Assembly (NCBI GenBank): GCA_036507475.1
Contig: DATCJA010000022.1
Coordinates: 23,093-87,092 of the forward strand
DNA length: 64,000 nt
Direction of reading: 5' to 3'
Source: Vicinamibacterales bacterium
Lineage (GTDB): Bacteria; Acidobacteriota; Vicinamibacteria; Vicinamibacterales; UBA2999
Each line of letters starts with the position of its first letter. Position 1 is the stretch's first letter. Both the position numbers and the translations under genes were made by a program. Under the pieces are notes generated by a model. It ran no database searches and was not told the origin of the DNA. It worked only from the letters and a program-made list of their open reading frames with translations. Of this stretch, positions 37,479 through 46,389 are shown piece by piece.

Positions 37479-37757
37479 TTAGGAGACGTCGTCGCTGCCC
37501 TGCGGCAGATCGTACAGGACGAGGCCCTGACGTACCTCCTCCATCGCAATGCGCTCGGCCTTGTACGGCTGGGGACGGTGGATATCCGCCGGGCCGTCCG
37601 CATCGAGGCGGGGCAGCGCGCCGCGCCGCAGCTGTTTCGCACGCATCGCGGCAATGTCGACGAACAGGAACCGACTCTCGATGGGGGGAGCCTTCGGACG
37701 TGGCCCAGGAGGGGCGTCGGATTCGGTGCTAGAACCAAGCACGTCGTTGGTTTCCAT
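37479..37757 (-). CDS. rpoZ: DNA-directed RNA polymerase subunit omega
   Basis: The ORF track frame runs 37479..37934. I set the start at ATG 37757. SRFLFVDIAAMRAKQLRRGA...KAERIAMEEVRQGLV parallels E. coli NRFDLVLVAARRARQMQ...TVIALREIEEGLI. Confidence 0.7.
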   Translation of the reverse strand: METNDVLGSSTESDAPPGPRPKAPPIESRFLFVDIAAMRAKQLRRGALPRLDADGPADIHRPQPYKAERIAMEEVRQGLVLYDLPQGSDDVS

Positions 37758-37783
37758 AAGAGGTGAGACTACATCAAACGAGC

Positions 37784-37824
37784 GGGATCCGGGACCCGGG
37801 ACCTGGGATCCCGGATCCCGGTCC
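37784..37824. repeat. periodic palindromic element (GGGATCC/GGGACCC heptamers)
   Basis: GGGATCCGGGACCCGGGACCTGGGATCCCGGATCCCGGTCC, between the rpoZ start and the hsp20 stop. Confidence 0.7.
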
Positions 37825-37860
37825 GTGCAGCCGATCTGGAGCCATCGGCGGCCCGCAAGG

Positions 37861-38307
37861 TTATGCGGCGACTTCGACGTTGACCGTTCGCGGCTTTGCT
37901 TCGTCGCGGAACGGCAGTCTGACCGCAAGGACACCGTTCTTGTATTCGGCGCTCACCTTCGAGGCGTCGACGGTGTTCGGCAGCGCAAACGAGCGGCTGA
38001 ATACTCCGTACTGGCGTTCGACTCGCCGAAACTGTTCGTCTTTGACCTCGGTGGGCAGTTTCCGCTCGCCACGAATGGTCAGGGTGTTGTTCTCGACCGT
38101 CACCTCGATGTCCTCTCGAGTGAGGTCGGGAAGCTCTGCCTTGACCACAAGGTCGTGGGTGTCGGTTTCGTAGATGTCGACCGCCGGCACCCAGCTAGGA
38201 CGCCCGCTCACATCCTCGTCCCGAAGATAGACGTCTCCGAACAGACGATTCATCCGATCCTGCAGTGTCGCGAATTCACGGAATGGATCAAGTCGTGTGA
38301 TGGCCAT
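37861..38307 (-). CDS. Hsp20/alpha-crystallin family small heat-shock protein
   Basis: The ORF track frame runs 37861..38568. I set the start at ATG 38307, preceded by GAGGAGGAG. PAVDIYETDTHDLVVKAELPD...RSFALPNTVDASKVSAEYKNGVLAVRLP. Confidence 0.9.
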   Translation of the reverse strand: MAITRLDPFREFATLQDRMNRLFGDVYLRDEDVSGRPSWVPAVDIYETDTHDLVVKAELPDLTREDIEVTVENNTLTIRGERKLPTEVKDEQFRRVERQYGVFSRSFALPNTVDASKVSAEYKNGVLAVRLPFRDEAKPRTVNVEVAA

Positions 38308-38353
38308 TGTCTCCTCCTCAAGGCGGATCCTGAGGCCCGCCTCTGCGCTCGAT

Positions 38354-40228
38354 TCATGCATCGACGACTTCGCCTTCCTTGACGTCGTCGCTTGTGTCTG
38401 CCGATGCCGCAGCATGCGCGGCGTTGGCCTCTGCCTGTTTGTAGAGCCGCTCCGCCATCGCGTGCGACGCTTTATGCAACGTTTCCGTGGCGCTGCGAAT
38501 CCTCTGCACATCGCCAGCCTTGACGGCTTCCCGTACTCCACCAATCGCCTCGTCGATTCGGCTGACATCTTGGGCCGATAGACGATCGCGGTTCTCGTTC
38601 AGGGTCTTTTCAACCGCATACGCCAGCGTGTCCGCTTGATTGCGCGCGTCGATGAGCTCGCGGCGGGCGTGATCCTCGCTCGCATGCGCTTCCGCGTCCT
38701 TCACCATGCGATCGACCTCATCCTTCCTGAGACCGGACGATCCGCTGATCGTGATCTTCTGCTCCGTGCCGGTGGCAACATCCTTTGCCGCTACGCTCAC
38801 GATGCCGTTTGCGTCGATGTCGAACCCAACTTCGATCTGCGGAAGACCGCGCGGTGCCGGTGGGATGCCCACCAGGTGAAAGCGACCGAGGGTGCGGTTG
38901 TCGCGCGCCATCTGCCGTTCGCCCTGGAGCACATGCACTTCGACGCTCGTCTGGTTGTCGGTTGCCGTGGAGAAGAGCTCGCTCTTGCGCGTTGGAATCG
39001 TTGTGTTCCGCGGAATCAGCGTCGTCATCACGCCGCCCAACGTCTCGATGCCGAGTGACAGCGGGGTGACATCGAGCAGTACCACGTCCTTGACTTCGCC
39101 CTTGAGGACACCGCCCTGGATGGCCGCGCCAACGGCCACCACTTCGTCGGGGTTCACCCCTTTGTGCGGCTCCTTGCCGAAGAACTCCTTCACGAGCTGT
39201 TGAATTCTTGGCGCGCGCGTCGATCCGCCAACCAGGACGACTTCGTCGATGTCAGACGGCTTCAGTCCCGCGTCCGCCAGCGCCTGCCTGACCGGCGCCA
39301 TCGACCGCTGCAGCAGATCGTCGACCAGTTGTTCGAACTTGGCGCGGGTCAACTTCATTTGCAGATGCTTGGGCCCCGTCTGGTCGGCAGTCACGAACGG
39401 GAGATTGATCTCGGTTTCCAGCACGGTCGAGAGCTCGATCTTGGCCTTCTCCGCCCCTTCCTTGAGGCGCTGGAGGGCCATTCGGTCTTTGCTCAAATCG
39501 ATGCCGTCGCTCTTCTTGAACTCCGCCACGATCCAATCGATGATGCGCTGGTCGAAATCGTCGCCACCCAGGTGCGTGTCACCGTTGGTCGACTTCACTT
39601 CGACGATGCCGTCGCCCACCTCGAGGATGGAAATGTCGAACGTGCCGCCGCCGAAATCGTAGACAGCGATCGTCTCGTCCTTCTTCTTGTCGAGGCCATA
39701 GGCGAGCGCCGCAGCCGTCGGTTCGTTGACGATTCGAAGGACGTTCAGGCCGGCAATCCTGCCGGCGTCTTTCGTCGCCTGCCGTTGCGCGTCGTTGAAA
39801 TATGCGGGGACAGTGATGACGGCGTCGATCACCTTCTGGCCCAGGTAGTCCTCCGCCGCCGCTTTGAGTTTCTGAAGAATCATCGCGGAGACTTCCGGCG
39901 GTGAATGCTTCTTGCCGCGCACTTCCACCCAGGCATCGCCGTTGTCCGCTTTCACCACGTCGTACGGCACGCGACCGCGCTCTTCGGCGACCTCGCCGTG
40001 CTTGCGTCCCATGAAACGCTTGATCGAGAAGACCGTGTTTTCGGGGTTGGTGACGGCTTGACGTTTCGCGACCTGACCGACCAGCCGCTCGCCGTCCTTG
40101 GCGAATCCCACAACCGAGGGTGTCGTGCGGCCCCCTTCCTGATTCACGATGACGGTGGGTTCGCCGCCCTCCATGACCGACACCACCGAGTTGGTCGTGC
40201 CAAGGTCTATTCCTATGACTTTGCTCAT
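38354..40228 (-). CDS. dnaK: molecular chaperone DnaK
   Basis: The ORF track frame runs 38354..40243. I set the start at ATG 40228 ([16 protein letters not shown]). Full-length Hsp70. Confidence 0.97.
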   Translation of the reverse strand: MSKVIGIDLGTTNSVVSVMEGGEPTVIVNQEGGRTTPSVVGFAKDGERLVGQVAKRQAVTNPENTVFSIKRFMGRKHGEVAEERGRVPYDVVKADNGDAWVEVRGKKHSPPEVSAMILQKLKAAAEDYLGQKVIDAVITVPAYFNDAQRQATKDAGRIAGLNVLRIVNEPTAAALAYGLDKKKDETIAVYDFGGGTFDISILEVGDGIVEVKSTNGDTHLGGDDFDQRIIDWIVAEFKKSDGIDLSKDRMALQRLKEGAEKAKIELSTVLETEINLPFVTADQTGPKHLQMKLTRAKFEQLVDDLLQRSMAPVRQALADAGLKPSDIDEVVLVGGSTRAPRIQQLVKEFFGKEPHKGVNPDEVVAVGAAIQGGVLKGEVKDVVLLDVTPLSLGIETLGGVMTTLIPRNTTIPTRKSELFSTATDNQTSVEVHVLQGERQMARDNRTLGRFHLVGIPPAPRGLPQIEVGFDIDANGIVSVAAKDVATGTEQKITISGSSGLRKDEVDRMVKDAEAHASEDHARRELIDARNQADTLAYAVEKTLNENRDRLSAQDVSRIDEAIGGVREAVKAGDVQRIRSATETLHKASHAMAERLYKQAEANAAHAAASADTSDDVKEGEVVDA

Positions 40229-40247
40229 GCTCAGTGACTCCAACCGA

Positions 40248-40315
40248 ATGATAGCAATATATTAGTATGTGTCAAGCATTTAATATTAGTAATACACACT
40301 CAGATATAGTCTGAG
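40248..40315 (-). promoter_or_regulatory. candidate dnaK promoter and flanking repeats in an AT-rich divergent heat-shock control region
   Basis: In minus orientation: TTGACA (40275-40270), 16-nt spacer, TATCAT (40253-40248), and GGAG 9 nt before the ATG. Direct repeat ATATTAGTA at 40259-40267 and 40283-40291 flanks the -35. Inverted repeat CTCAGA-TATAG-TCTGAG at 40299-40315. Confidence 0.45.
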
Positions 40316-40431
40316 AGACACCTCTCCCAAGCCGGATGAGTTAACAGAAGAGCTACGGAAACGGCCGCCCGGAACCGGGGGTAACTCACCAGCGACCGCG
40401 ACCCATGTGAGATCATGGCGCTCAGCCTCCG

Positions 40432-40896
40432 ATGGCAGCGTTTTCACTTATTCCGTCCGACGAGGCGACCGAGCTCGCCGATGACATCCACCGGCTCTTC
40501 GACGATCTCGCACAAGCGCTTCCGCCCGAACACGGCGTCTATTCGGGCGAGTGCCATCCGACGCTCGACGTTCTCGAGACCGAAGCCGTTGTTGAGATAA
40601 CGGTGGATGTGGCGGGAGTCCGGATAGACGCGATCCGCGTGCTCTTCCGTGCCGGCATCCTGCTGATCGTCGGCGAGAAGGCGCCACTCCGAAGCGGTGG
40701 CGAACAGACATACCACCTGGTCGAGCGCGAGTTTGGGCGGTTTGCTCGCGCCGTGCGTGTGAACGGCGCGTTTGACGTCCAGGGCGCCCGCGCGACGCTT
40801 CGCGATGGCGAGCTCACGATCGTGCTGCCGAAAATGGCGGACCGGCGCGGCGCCGCCCATCGCATTCCCGTTGCGCCGTCCGAGCCGCGGCCATGA
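40432..40896 (+). CDS. Hsp20/alpha-crystallin family protein
   Basis: 154-aa ORF. PTLDVLETEAVVEITVDVAGV...FARAVRVNGAFDVQGARATLRDGELTIVLPK. The stop overlaps the ymdB start (ATGA). Confidence 0.75.
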   Translation: MAAFSLIPSDEATELADDIHRLFDDLAQALPPEHGVYSGECHPTLDVLETEAVVEITVDVAGVRIDAIRVLFRAGILLIVGEKAPLRSGGEQTYHLVEREFGRFARAVRVNGAFDVQGARATLRDGELTIVLPKMADRRGAAHRIPVAPSEPRP

Positions 40897-41732
40897 ACAT
40901 TCTGCTGATCGGAGATATCGTCGGACGCCCCGGCCGCGAGCTCGTTCAGCGCGGCCTTCGCGCACTCATCGACCACCACGGACTCGACCTGGTCATCGCC
41001 AACGTGGAGAATTCCGCCGCCGGCTTCGGCGTCACGAAGGATATCGGCGATACGCTCCTCGAAGCAGGCATTGACGTCATGACATCAGGCAATCACATCT
41101 GGGACAAAAAGGAGGTCCTCGAGTACATCGCCGCCGAGCCCCGGCTTCTCCGCCCCGCAAACTATCCGGCTGGCGTCCCCGGACGAGGAACCTGCGTAGC
41201 GCAAACGGGTGAAGGCCGCGCCGTCGGTGTCATCAACGCGATGGGCCGGGTCTTCATGCCGCAGATTGACGACCCGTTTGCGGTGGTGCTCCGCGAAATC
41301 GACGCCATCCGCCACCGCACGCGCGTCGTCATCGTCGACTTCCACGCCGAGGCAACCAGCGAGAAGATGGCGATGGGATGGCATCTCGACGGCAGGGTGA
41401 CAGCCGTCATCGGCACGCACACGCACGTGCAAACGGCCGACGAACGGATTCTGCCCAACGGCACAGCGTATCTTACGGATGTCGGAATGACAGGACCTCA
41501 CGACTCGATCATTGGAATGGAAGTGGCCCCTTCGCTCACGCGCTTTCTGACCGGCATGCCCTCGAAGTTCGAACCCGCGGCTGGCAACCCCCGACTGCAT
41601 GGCGTCATCATCGAAGCGGACGACCGAACAGGCCGGGCGGTGCGGATTGCCAGGATTGGCTATTCGGAGGGCGAACTCGGGAAGCTGGCAGACCAGGTGG
41701 GCGCAGCGAAAGGTGCGCCGTTACGCGCATGA
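40893..41732 (+). CDS. ymdB: TIGR00282/YmdB-family metallophosphoesterase
   Basis: 279-aa ORF. MNILLIGDIVGRPGR...VIANVENSAAGFG...TSGNHIWDK...DFHAEATSEK...GTHTHVQTAD. Confidence 0.85.
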   Translation: MNILLIGDIVGRPGRELVQRGLRALIDHHGLDLVIANVENSAAGFGVTKDIGDTLLEAGIDVMTSGNHIWDKKEVLEYIAAEPRLLRPANYPAGVPGRGTCVAQTGEGRAVGVINAMGRVFMPQIDDPFAVVLREIDAIRHRTRVVIVDFHAEATSEKMAMGWHLDGRVTAVIGTHTHVQTADERILPNGTAYLTDVGMTGPHDSIIGMEVAPSLTRFLTGMPSKFEPAAGNPRLHGVIIEADDRTGRAVRIARIGYSEGELGKLADQVGAAKGAPLRA

Positions 41733-43129
41733 CTTCTCTGTTCGATCTGCCCTTCGAGGAACCCGAACCGCACGCGCTCGAGTCCGAACGTGTCACACCG
41801 GCACCGCGGCGGATTCTCACCGTGTCCGAACTCACAGGACGAATCCGTGTGCACGTAGAGGAACGGTTTACGGATGTGTGGGTCGAGGGCGAGCTCTCCA
41901 ACTGTCGCCTGTGGAACACGGGGCACATGTACTTCACGCTGAAAGACGGCGGCGCGCAAATCAAAGGTGTCATGTTCCGGTCGGCCGTTCGGGCGCTGCG
42001 CTTCAAACCGCAGAACGGCGTGCGCGTCGTCGCCCGCGGCCGCGTAAGTGTGTACGACGCGAAGGGTGAGTACCAGATCGTCTGCGAGCGTCTCGAACCC
42101 GAAGGGCTCGGCGCACTGCAACTGGCGTTCGACCAGCTGAAGCAGCGGCTCTCCGCGGAGGGCCTTTTCGATGAGCGGCGCAAGCGGCGGCTGCCCGCGT
42201 TGCCGCGAAAGGTCGGCGTGGTGACGTCGCTCGAGGGCGCAGCGGTTCGCGACATCATACAGGTGTTGCGGCGACGTTACTCCAACGCACACATCGTGAT
42301 CCGCCCGGCCCGCGTGCAGGGCGAAGGCGCAGCGCTCGAGATAGCCCGTGCGCTGTCGGCCATCGGCAAGGTTCCTGGAATAGATGTCGTCATCGTCGGA
42401 CGGGGTGGCGGCTCGATCGAGGACCTCTGGGCCTTCAACGAGGAGGTGACCGCACGGGCGATTGCTGACTGTCCGGTGCCGATAATTGCGGCGGTCGGGC
42501 ATGAAACGGATGTGACGATTGCCGATTTCGTCGCCGACGTACGCGCGCCCACGCCGTCCGCGGCTGCCGAAATGGTCGTAGCCCGCAAGGACGACTTCTA
42601 CGCGCGTATCGATCGGCTGGCGCACCGCGTCACTGCCTCGATGCGGATGCGGCTGCACCGGTTCGAGTCGCGTGTGCGGACGCTCGAGGCCCGCCCGGGG
42701 TACACGGGCATGCGTGGGCATGTGGCGCTGCGCGGGCGGCATGTCGCCGACCTGACACATGATCTGGGACACGCCATTGGTGGGCGCATGGCATTGCGCG
42801 AACGTGCCTACCAATCGTTGCGTCTTTCACTGGAGACGTTCGACCTGCGGCGGCGGCTCGCACACGTTCGCTTCAGGCTCATCGAAGCCGACGGACGGCT
42901 CTCCAGTGCCACCGCACAGGCTCGGCATCGGGCCGACGGCCAGCTTCGCGGCGCGGCGGCGCGCTTGGAGGCGCTCAGCCCCTTGGCCGTGCTGGGTCGC
43001 GGCTACGCGGTGTGCTGGAACAGCGAGCGAACGGCCATCATCCGCGATGCAACCACGATAGCCGCGGGTCAGCACGTGCGCGTGACGCTTGCGCGCGGCG
43101 AACTGGCGTGTGAAGTAAAGAGTTCGTAA
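41729..43129 (+). CDS. xseA: exodeoxyribonuclease VII large subunit
   Basis: The ORF track frame runs 41378..43129. I set the start at ATG 41729, overlapping the ymdB stop. OB-fold (VWVEGELSNCRLWNTGHMYFTLKD) and catalytic core (GRGGGSIEDLWAFN). Confidence 0.9.
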   Translation: MTSLFDLPFEEPEPHALESERVTPAPRRILTVSELTGRIRVHVEERFTDVWVEGELSNCRLWNTGHMYFTLKDGGAQIKGVMFRSAVRALRFKPQNGVRVVARGRVSVYDAKGEYQIVCERLEPEGLGALQLAFDQLKQRLSAEGLFDERRKRRLPALPRKVGVVTSLEGAAVRDIIQVLRRRYSNAHIVIRPARVQGEGAALEIARALSAIGKVPGIDVVIVGRGGGSIEDLWAFNEEVTARAIADCPVPIIAAVGHETDVTIADFVADVRAPTPSAAAEMVVARKDDFYARIDRLAHRVTASMRMRLHRFESRVRTLEARPGYTGMRGHVALRGRHVADLTHDLGHAIGGRMALRERAYQSLRLSLETFDLRRRLAHVRFRLIEADGRLSSATAQARHRADGQLRGAAARLEALSPLAVLGRGYAVCWNSERTAIIRDATTIAAGQHVRVTLARGELACEVKSS

Positions 43130-43386
43130 TGGACGACACGATCAAGGACTTCGAGGCGGCAATCGCCGAGCTCGAATCAATCGTGAAAAAGCTCGAAGAA
43201 GGCGACCTGCCCCTCGAGACATCTTTGCAGCTCTACGAACGCGGCGTGCAACTCTCCCGCTTCTGTCATTCACGCCTTGAGGAGGCGGAGCGTCGCATCG
43301 AAATCCTCAGCGAGCGCGGCCAGCTGAGACCGGCCCCGGACGCATTTGGCGAGGATGATGAGACAAAGTCGAAGGTCAAGGGATGA
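43129..43386 (+). CDS. xseB: exodeoxyribonuclease VII small subunit
   Basis: 85-aa ORF. FEAAIAELESIVKKLEEGDLPLETSLQLYERGVQLSRFC. TAATG overlap with xseA. Confidence 0.85.
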   Translation: MDDTIKDFEAAIAELESIVKKLEEGDLPLETSLQLYERGVQLSRFCHSRLEEAERRIEILSERGQLRPAPDAFGEDDETKSKVKG

Positions 43387-43395
43387 AGGTCGAGC

Positions 43396-44310
43396 GTGGA
43401 TTCCTCGTTCAACGCATACATCCAATCGCGCCGCGCAGAAGTTAACGCCGCGTTGGCCGCCGCCCTCCCTGCTCCGCCCGACTGCCCCGCCGTGGTCGCC
43501 GACGCGATGCGGTACAGCATCACGGCCGGCGGAAAACGGCTGCGGCCGATCCTGTGCTTGGCCAGTGCCGAGGCAGTGGGCGGCGACCGCTCGGTTGCAA
43601 TGCCCGCGGCGTGCGCGATCGAATTGATCCACACCTATTCGCTGATTCACGACGATCTGCCCGCCATGGACAACGACACGATGCGGCGCGGGCAGCCGAC
43701 GCTGCACGTCGTTGTAGGCGAAGGGATGGCCATTCTCGCCGGCGACGGCCTGCTCACTGAGGCGTTCGCGCTGATGGCACGTGCGCCCGAGAGCAGCGAC
43801 CCCATCACGCATTCACGCAAGCTTCGCGTCATTGGCGTGGTCGCCCGCGCCGCCGGCCCAAGCGGCATGGTTGGCGGCCAGGCTCTCGACCTCGCAGGCA
43901 GCGCGGCTTCTGACGAGGCGCTGCCGACCAACGCCGAGCGGCTTCGTGCAGTGCATGCCAAGAAGACCGGGGCGCTGATTCGTGCCGCCGCCATCGCCGG
44001 CGCCATCATGGGCGGCGGCGACGATGGTGTCCTCGCCACGATCGACGCGGCGGCGACGGAGTTCGGCCTTGCGTTTCAAATCATCGACGACATCCTCGAT
44101 GTCGAAGGCGCCCCTGCGACACTGGGCAAGACCGTCGGGAAGGATGCGGCTGCGGGTAAGCCGACGTATCCCGCCCTGTACGGGCTCGACACGGCACGCC
44201 GGATGGCAGCCGAGTGCGTGGAGCGGGCAGAACGCAGTCTTCGCTCGGCGCGTCTTGCGGATTCACAACTGATGGGCATCGGCCAATGGATAGTGGATAG
44301 ATCGAATTGA
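43396..44310 (+). CDS. ispA: polyprenyl (farnesyl/geranylgeranyl) diphosphate synthase
   Basis: 304-aa ORF with a GTG start. First DDxxD (LIHDDLPAMDNDTMRRG) and second (FQIIDDILD) motifs. Confidence 0.85.
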   Translation: MDSSFNAYIQSRRAEVNAALAAALPAPPDCPAVVADAMRYSITAGGKRLRPILCLASAEAVGGDRSVAMPAACAIELIHTYSLIHDDLPAMDNDTMRRGQPTLHVVVGEGMAILAGDGLLTEAFALMARAPESSDPITHSRKLRVIGVVARAAGPSGMVGGQALDLAGSAASDEALPTNAERLRAVHAKKTGALIRAAAIAGAIMGGGDDGVLATIDAAATEFGLAFQIIDDILDVEGAPATLGKTVGKDAAAGKPTYPALYGLDTARRMAAECVERAERSLRSARLADSQLMGIGQWIVDRSN

Positions 44311-44396
44311 CGAATTGACGGATTTGATTGACGACTTGGATTTGCGAATGGCCAACCCTCAATCCGTAGATCCGTAGATCCGTAAATTCGTCAATG
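44304..44396. repeat. periodic-arm hairpin (GAATTGAC / CCGTAGAT octamers)
   Basis: Left GAATTGACGAATTGACGGATTTGATTGACGACTTGGATTTGCG, right CAATCCGTAGATCCGTAGATCCGTAAATTCGTCAATG. Overlaps the ispA stop (44308-44310) and the tlyA ATG (44394). Confidence 0.75.
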
Positions 44397-45122
44397 TCCA
44401 AGGTCCGGCTCGATGAGTTAGTCGTAGAGCGCGGCTTGGCGCCTTCCCGCGAGCGGGCGCGCGCGTTGATTCTGGCGGCGCAGGTGAGCGTTGACGGGCG
44501 CGTGCTGACCAAGGCGGGTGCGCAGATCGAGCGTCATGCAAAGCTCATGTTGATTGCACCCGATCATCCATACGTTGGACGCGGCGGCCTCAAGCTGGCG
44601 CATGCGCTCGATACGTTCGGCATCGCCGTTGCCGGCCGCGATGCGCTCGATATCGGCGCCTCGACCGGGGGATTCACCGACGTGCTCCTGCAGCGTGGCG
44701 CCGCGCGGGTGGTCGCGCTCGACGTCGGACACGGCCAGCTCGACTGGAGCCTGCGAAACGATCCGCGCGTCGTGGTGATCGAACACTTCAACGCTCGGCA
44801 CCTGACCCTGGCCGACCTGCCTGGATCAGTCGATATTGTCTGCATCGACGTGTCATTCATCTCGTTGCGCCAGATTCTTCCGGTCGTGCCGCCCCTCCTG
44901 CGGCCGGGCGCGGACGTCGTCGCGCTCGCCAAACCTCAGTTCGAGGTGGGTCGCGCCGAAGTAGGCAGCGGTGTCGTCCGCGAGGAACGCTTGCGCGCGC
45001 GCGTCATCGACGAGATTCGCGCCGCGGCCGCTGCGGTAGGATTGACGACGGCGGCGGTCACACCCTCACCGATTACCGGTCAAAAAGGGAACGTGGAATT
45101 CCTGCTGCATCTGCGCTCATGA
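44394..45122 (+). CDS. tlyA: TlyA-family rRNA (cytidine-2'-O)-methyltransferase
   Basis: 242-aa ORF. S4 domain (RLDELVVERGLAPSRERARALI) and SAM motif (LDIGASTGGFTDVLL). Confidence 0.85.
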   Translation: MSKVRLDELVVERGLAPSRERARALILAAQVSVDGRVLTKAGAQIERHAKLMLIAPDHPYVGRGGLKLAHALDTFGIAVAGRDALDIGASTGGFTDVLLQRGAARVVALDVGHGQLDWSLRNDPRVVVIEHFNARHLTLADLPGSVDIVCIDVSFISLRQILPVVPPLLRPGADVVALAKPQFEVGRAEVGSGVVREERLRARVIDEIRAAAAAVGLTTAAVTPSPITGQKGNVEFLLHLRS

Positions 45123-46003
45123 CCATTCGACGCGTTGGCATCGTCGCCAAGCACAATCTCGTCGCGGCAGCGGAACATGTGGCGCGGCTTGGCGCCTGGC
45201 TGGCGGCGCGTGGGGTCGAGGTCGTGTACGAGCGGGAGACACTCTCGCTGGCCGGGGTAGCTGGAGAGAACGTCCGGACGATGAGTCGTGACGCGCTGCC
45301 ATGCGAGGTCGACCTGATCGTGGTGCTCGGCGGTGACGGAACACTGCTCGCGATGGCGGCCCGAATCGCCAAGACGGGCCGCGACATTCCAATCCTCGGC
45401 GTCAACTTTGGCAGCCTCGGCTTCCTCACCGAGATCCGCATCGACGAACTGACGCCGTCGCTCGAGAGCGTGCTCGGCGGCACCGCGACGTTCGACGAGC
45501 GTGCGATGCTTGCGGCCGAGCTGGATCGAAATGGCGTTCGGGTCGATTCGCGGGTCGTGCTGAACGACGTCGTATTCACCAAAGCCGCAATCTCGCGGAT
45601 GATCGAGCTGTCGGTCTCGGTGAGCGGCGGATTTGTCACGCGCGTAAAGGCCGACGGTTTGATCGTTGCCAGCGCAACGGGATCGACGGCCTACAACCTG
45701 GCCGCCGGCGGTCCCATCGTGCATCCCATGGTGGACGCAATCGTGCTGACCCCGATTGCTCCGCACACGCTCACCAATCGCCCCGTGGTCATTCCCGGCG
45801 GTGCGGAGATCGAAGTGCGGCCGCACGGGGGCGCCGACGCCGACGAAGTCTTCGTGACCTACGACGGACAGTCGGGCTATGCGCTCAACGACGGCGACGT
45901 CGTGCGCGTGAGGAAGTCGGACCGGATGCTGCGGCTGGTAAAGGCGTCCACGCGCGGTTATTTCGAGGTGCTCCGCGAGAAACTAAAATGGGGCGAGCGA
46001 TGA
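45119..46003 (+). CDS. nadK: NAD(+) kinase
   Basis: 294-aa ORF. VVLGGDGTLL, NFGSLGFLT, DGLIVASATGSTAYNLAAGGPIV. Confidence 0.9.
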   Translation: MTIRRVGIVAKHNLVAAAEHVARLGAWLAARGVEVVYERETLSLAGVAGENVRTMSRDALPCEVDLIVVLGGDGTLLAMAARIAKTGRDIPILGVNFGSLGFLTEIRIDELTPSLESVLGGTATFDERAMLAAELDRNGVRVDSRVVLNDVVFTKAAISRMIELSVSVSGGFVTRVKADGLIVASATGSTAYNLAAGGPIVHPMVDAIVLTPIAPHTLTNRPVVIPGGAEIEVRPHGGADADEVFVTYDGQSGYALNDGDVVRVRKSDRMLRLVKASTRGYFEVLREKLKWGER

Positions 46004-46389
46004 CGAACTCGGGGCAGCCCTCGATGCCGCTGGCGACCCGCATCAACCATTTCTTTCAGCACCGATCCGAGCGCGAGCGCATCGTCTTCGAAAAGGTGAG
46101 GCAGACCTTGAGTCTGCCCACGATGCTTCGCAGGCGCGCGGCTGCGCGCGAGCTCATGGCCGATCCGCCGTTCACCATCGGGACCGTGTGCTTCGTGGAC
46201 ACGACGCAGTGCTTCCATTTCGGGAGCCGCGTGAAACACGGAGTAGCGCCTCGCCTCGTCACGATGATTCAGTACCTGACGCCGTCGTCCTTCATGCTGC
46301 CACGCGACCATCGGGCCGGCTCGCCGTACCGACACCTTGCGACGCCGGACAGGTCCCGAAGCCAGCGGCTGGTGTTGGGCGACCTCTGA
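46000..46389 (+). CDS. hypothetical protein, translationally coupled between nadK and the PP2C gene
   Basis: The ORF track frame starts at 45988. ATG 46000 overlaps the nadK TGA (ATGA), and the stop overlaps the PP2C ATG (TGATG). No family recognised. Confidence 0.4.
   Translation: MTNSGQPSMPLATRINHFFQHRSERERIVFEKVRQTLSLPTMLRRRAAARELMADPPFTIGTVCFVDTTQCFHFGSRVKHGVAPRLVTMIQYLTPSSFMLPRDHRAGSPYRHLATPDRSRSQRLVLGDL

Noticed and set aside
40229-40431. CIRCE or HAIR heat-shock operators upstream of dnaK
   Set aside because: I searched by eye on both strands and found no TTAGCACTC-N9-GAGTGCTAA or CTTGAGT-N7-ACTCAAG match.
41660-42814. 384-aa minus-strand ORF
   Set aside because: It is antisense to xseA, which has clear ExoVII large-subunit motifs.
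40893-43386. hsp20-ymdB-xseA-xseB overlap chain (ATGA, ATGA, TAATG) as a novel functional system
   Set aside because: Overlapping stop/start codons are common throughout this window (at least 10 cases). This reflects compact operon organisation rather than a specific system.
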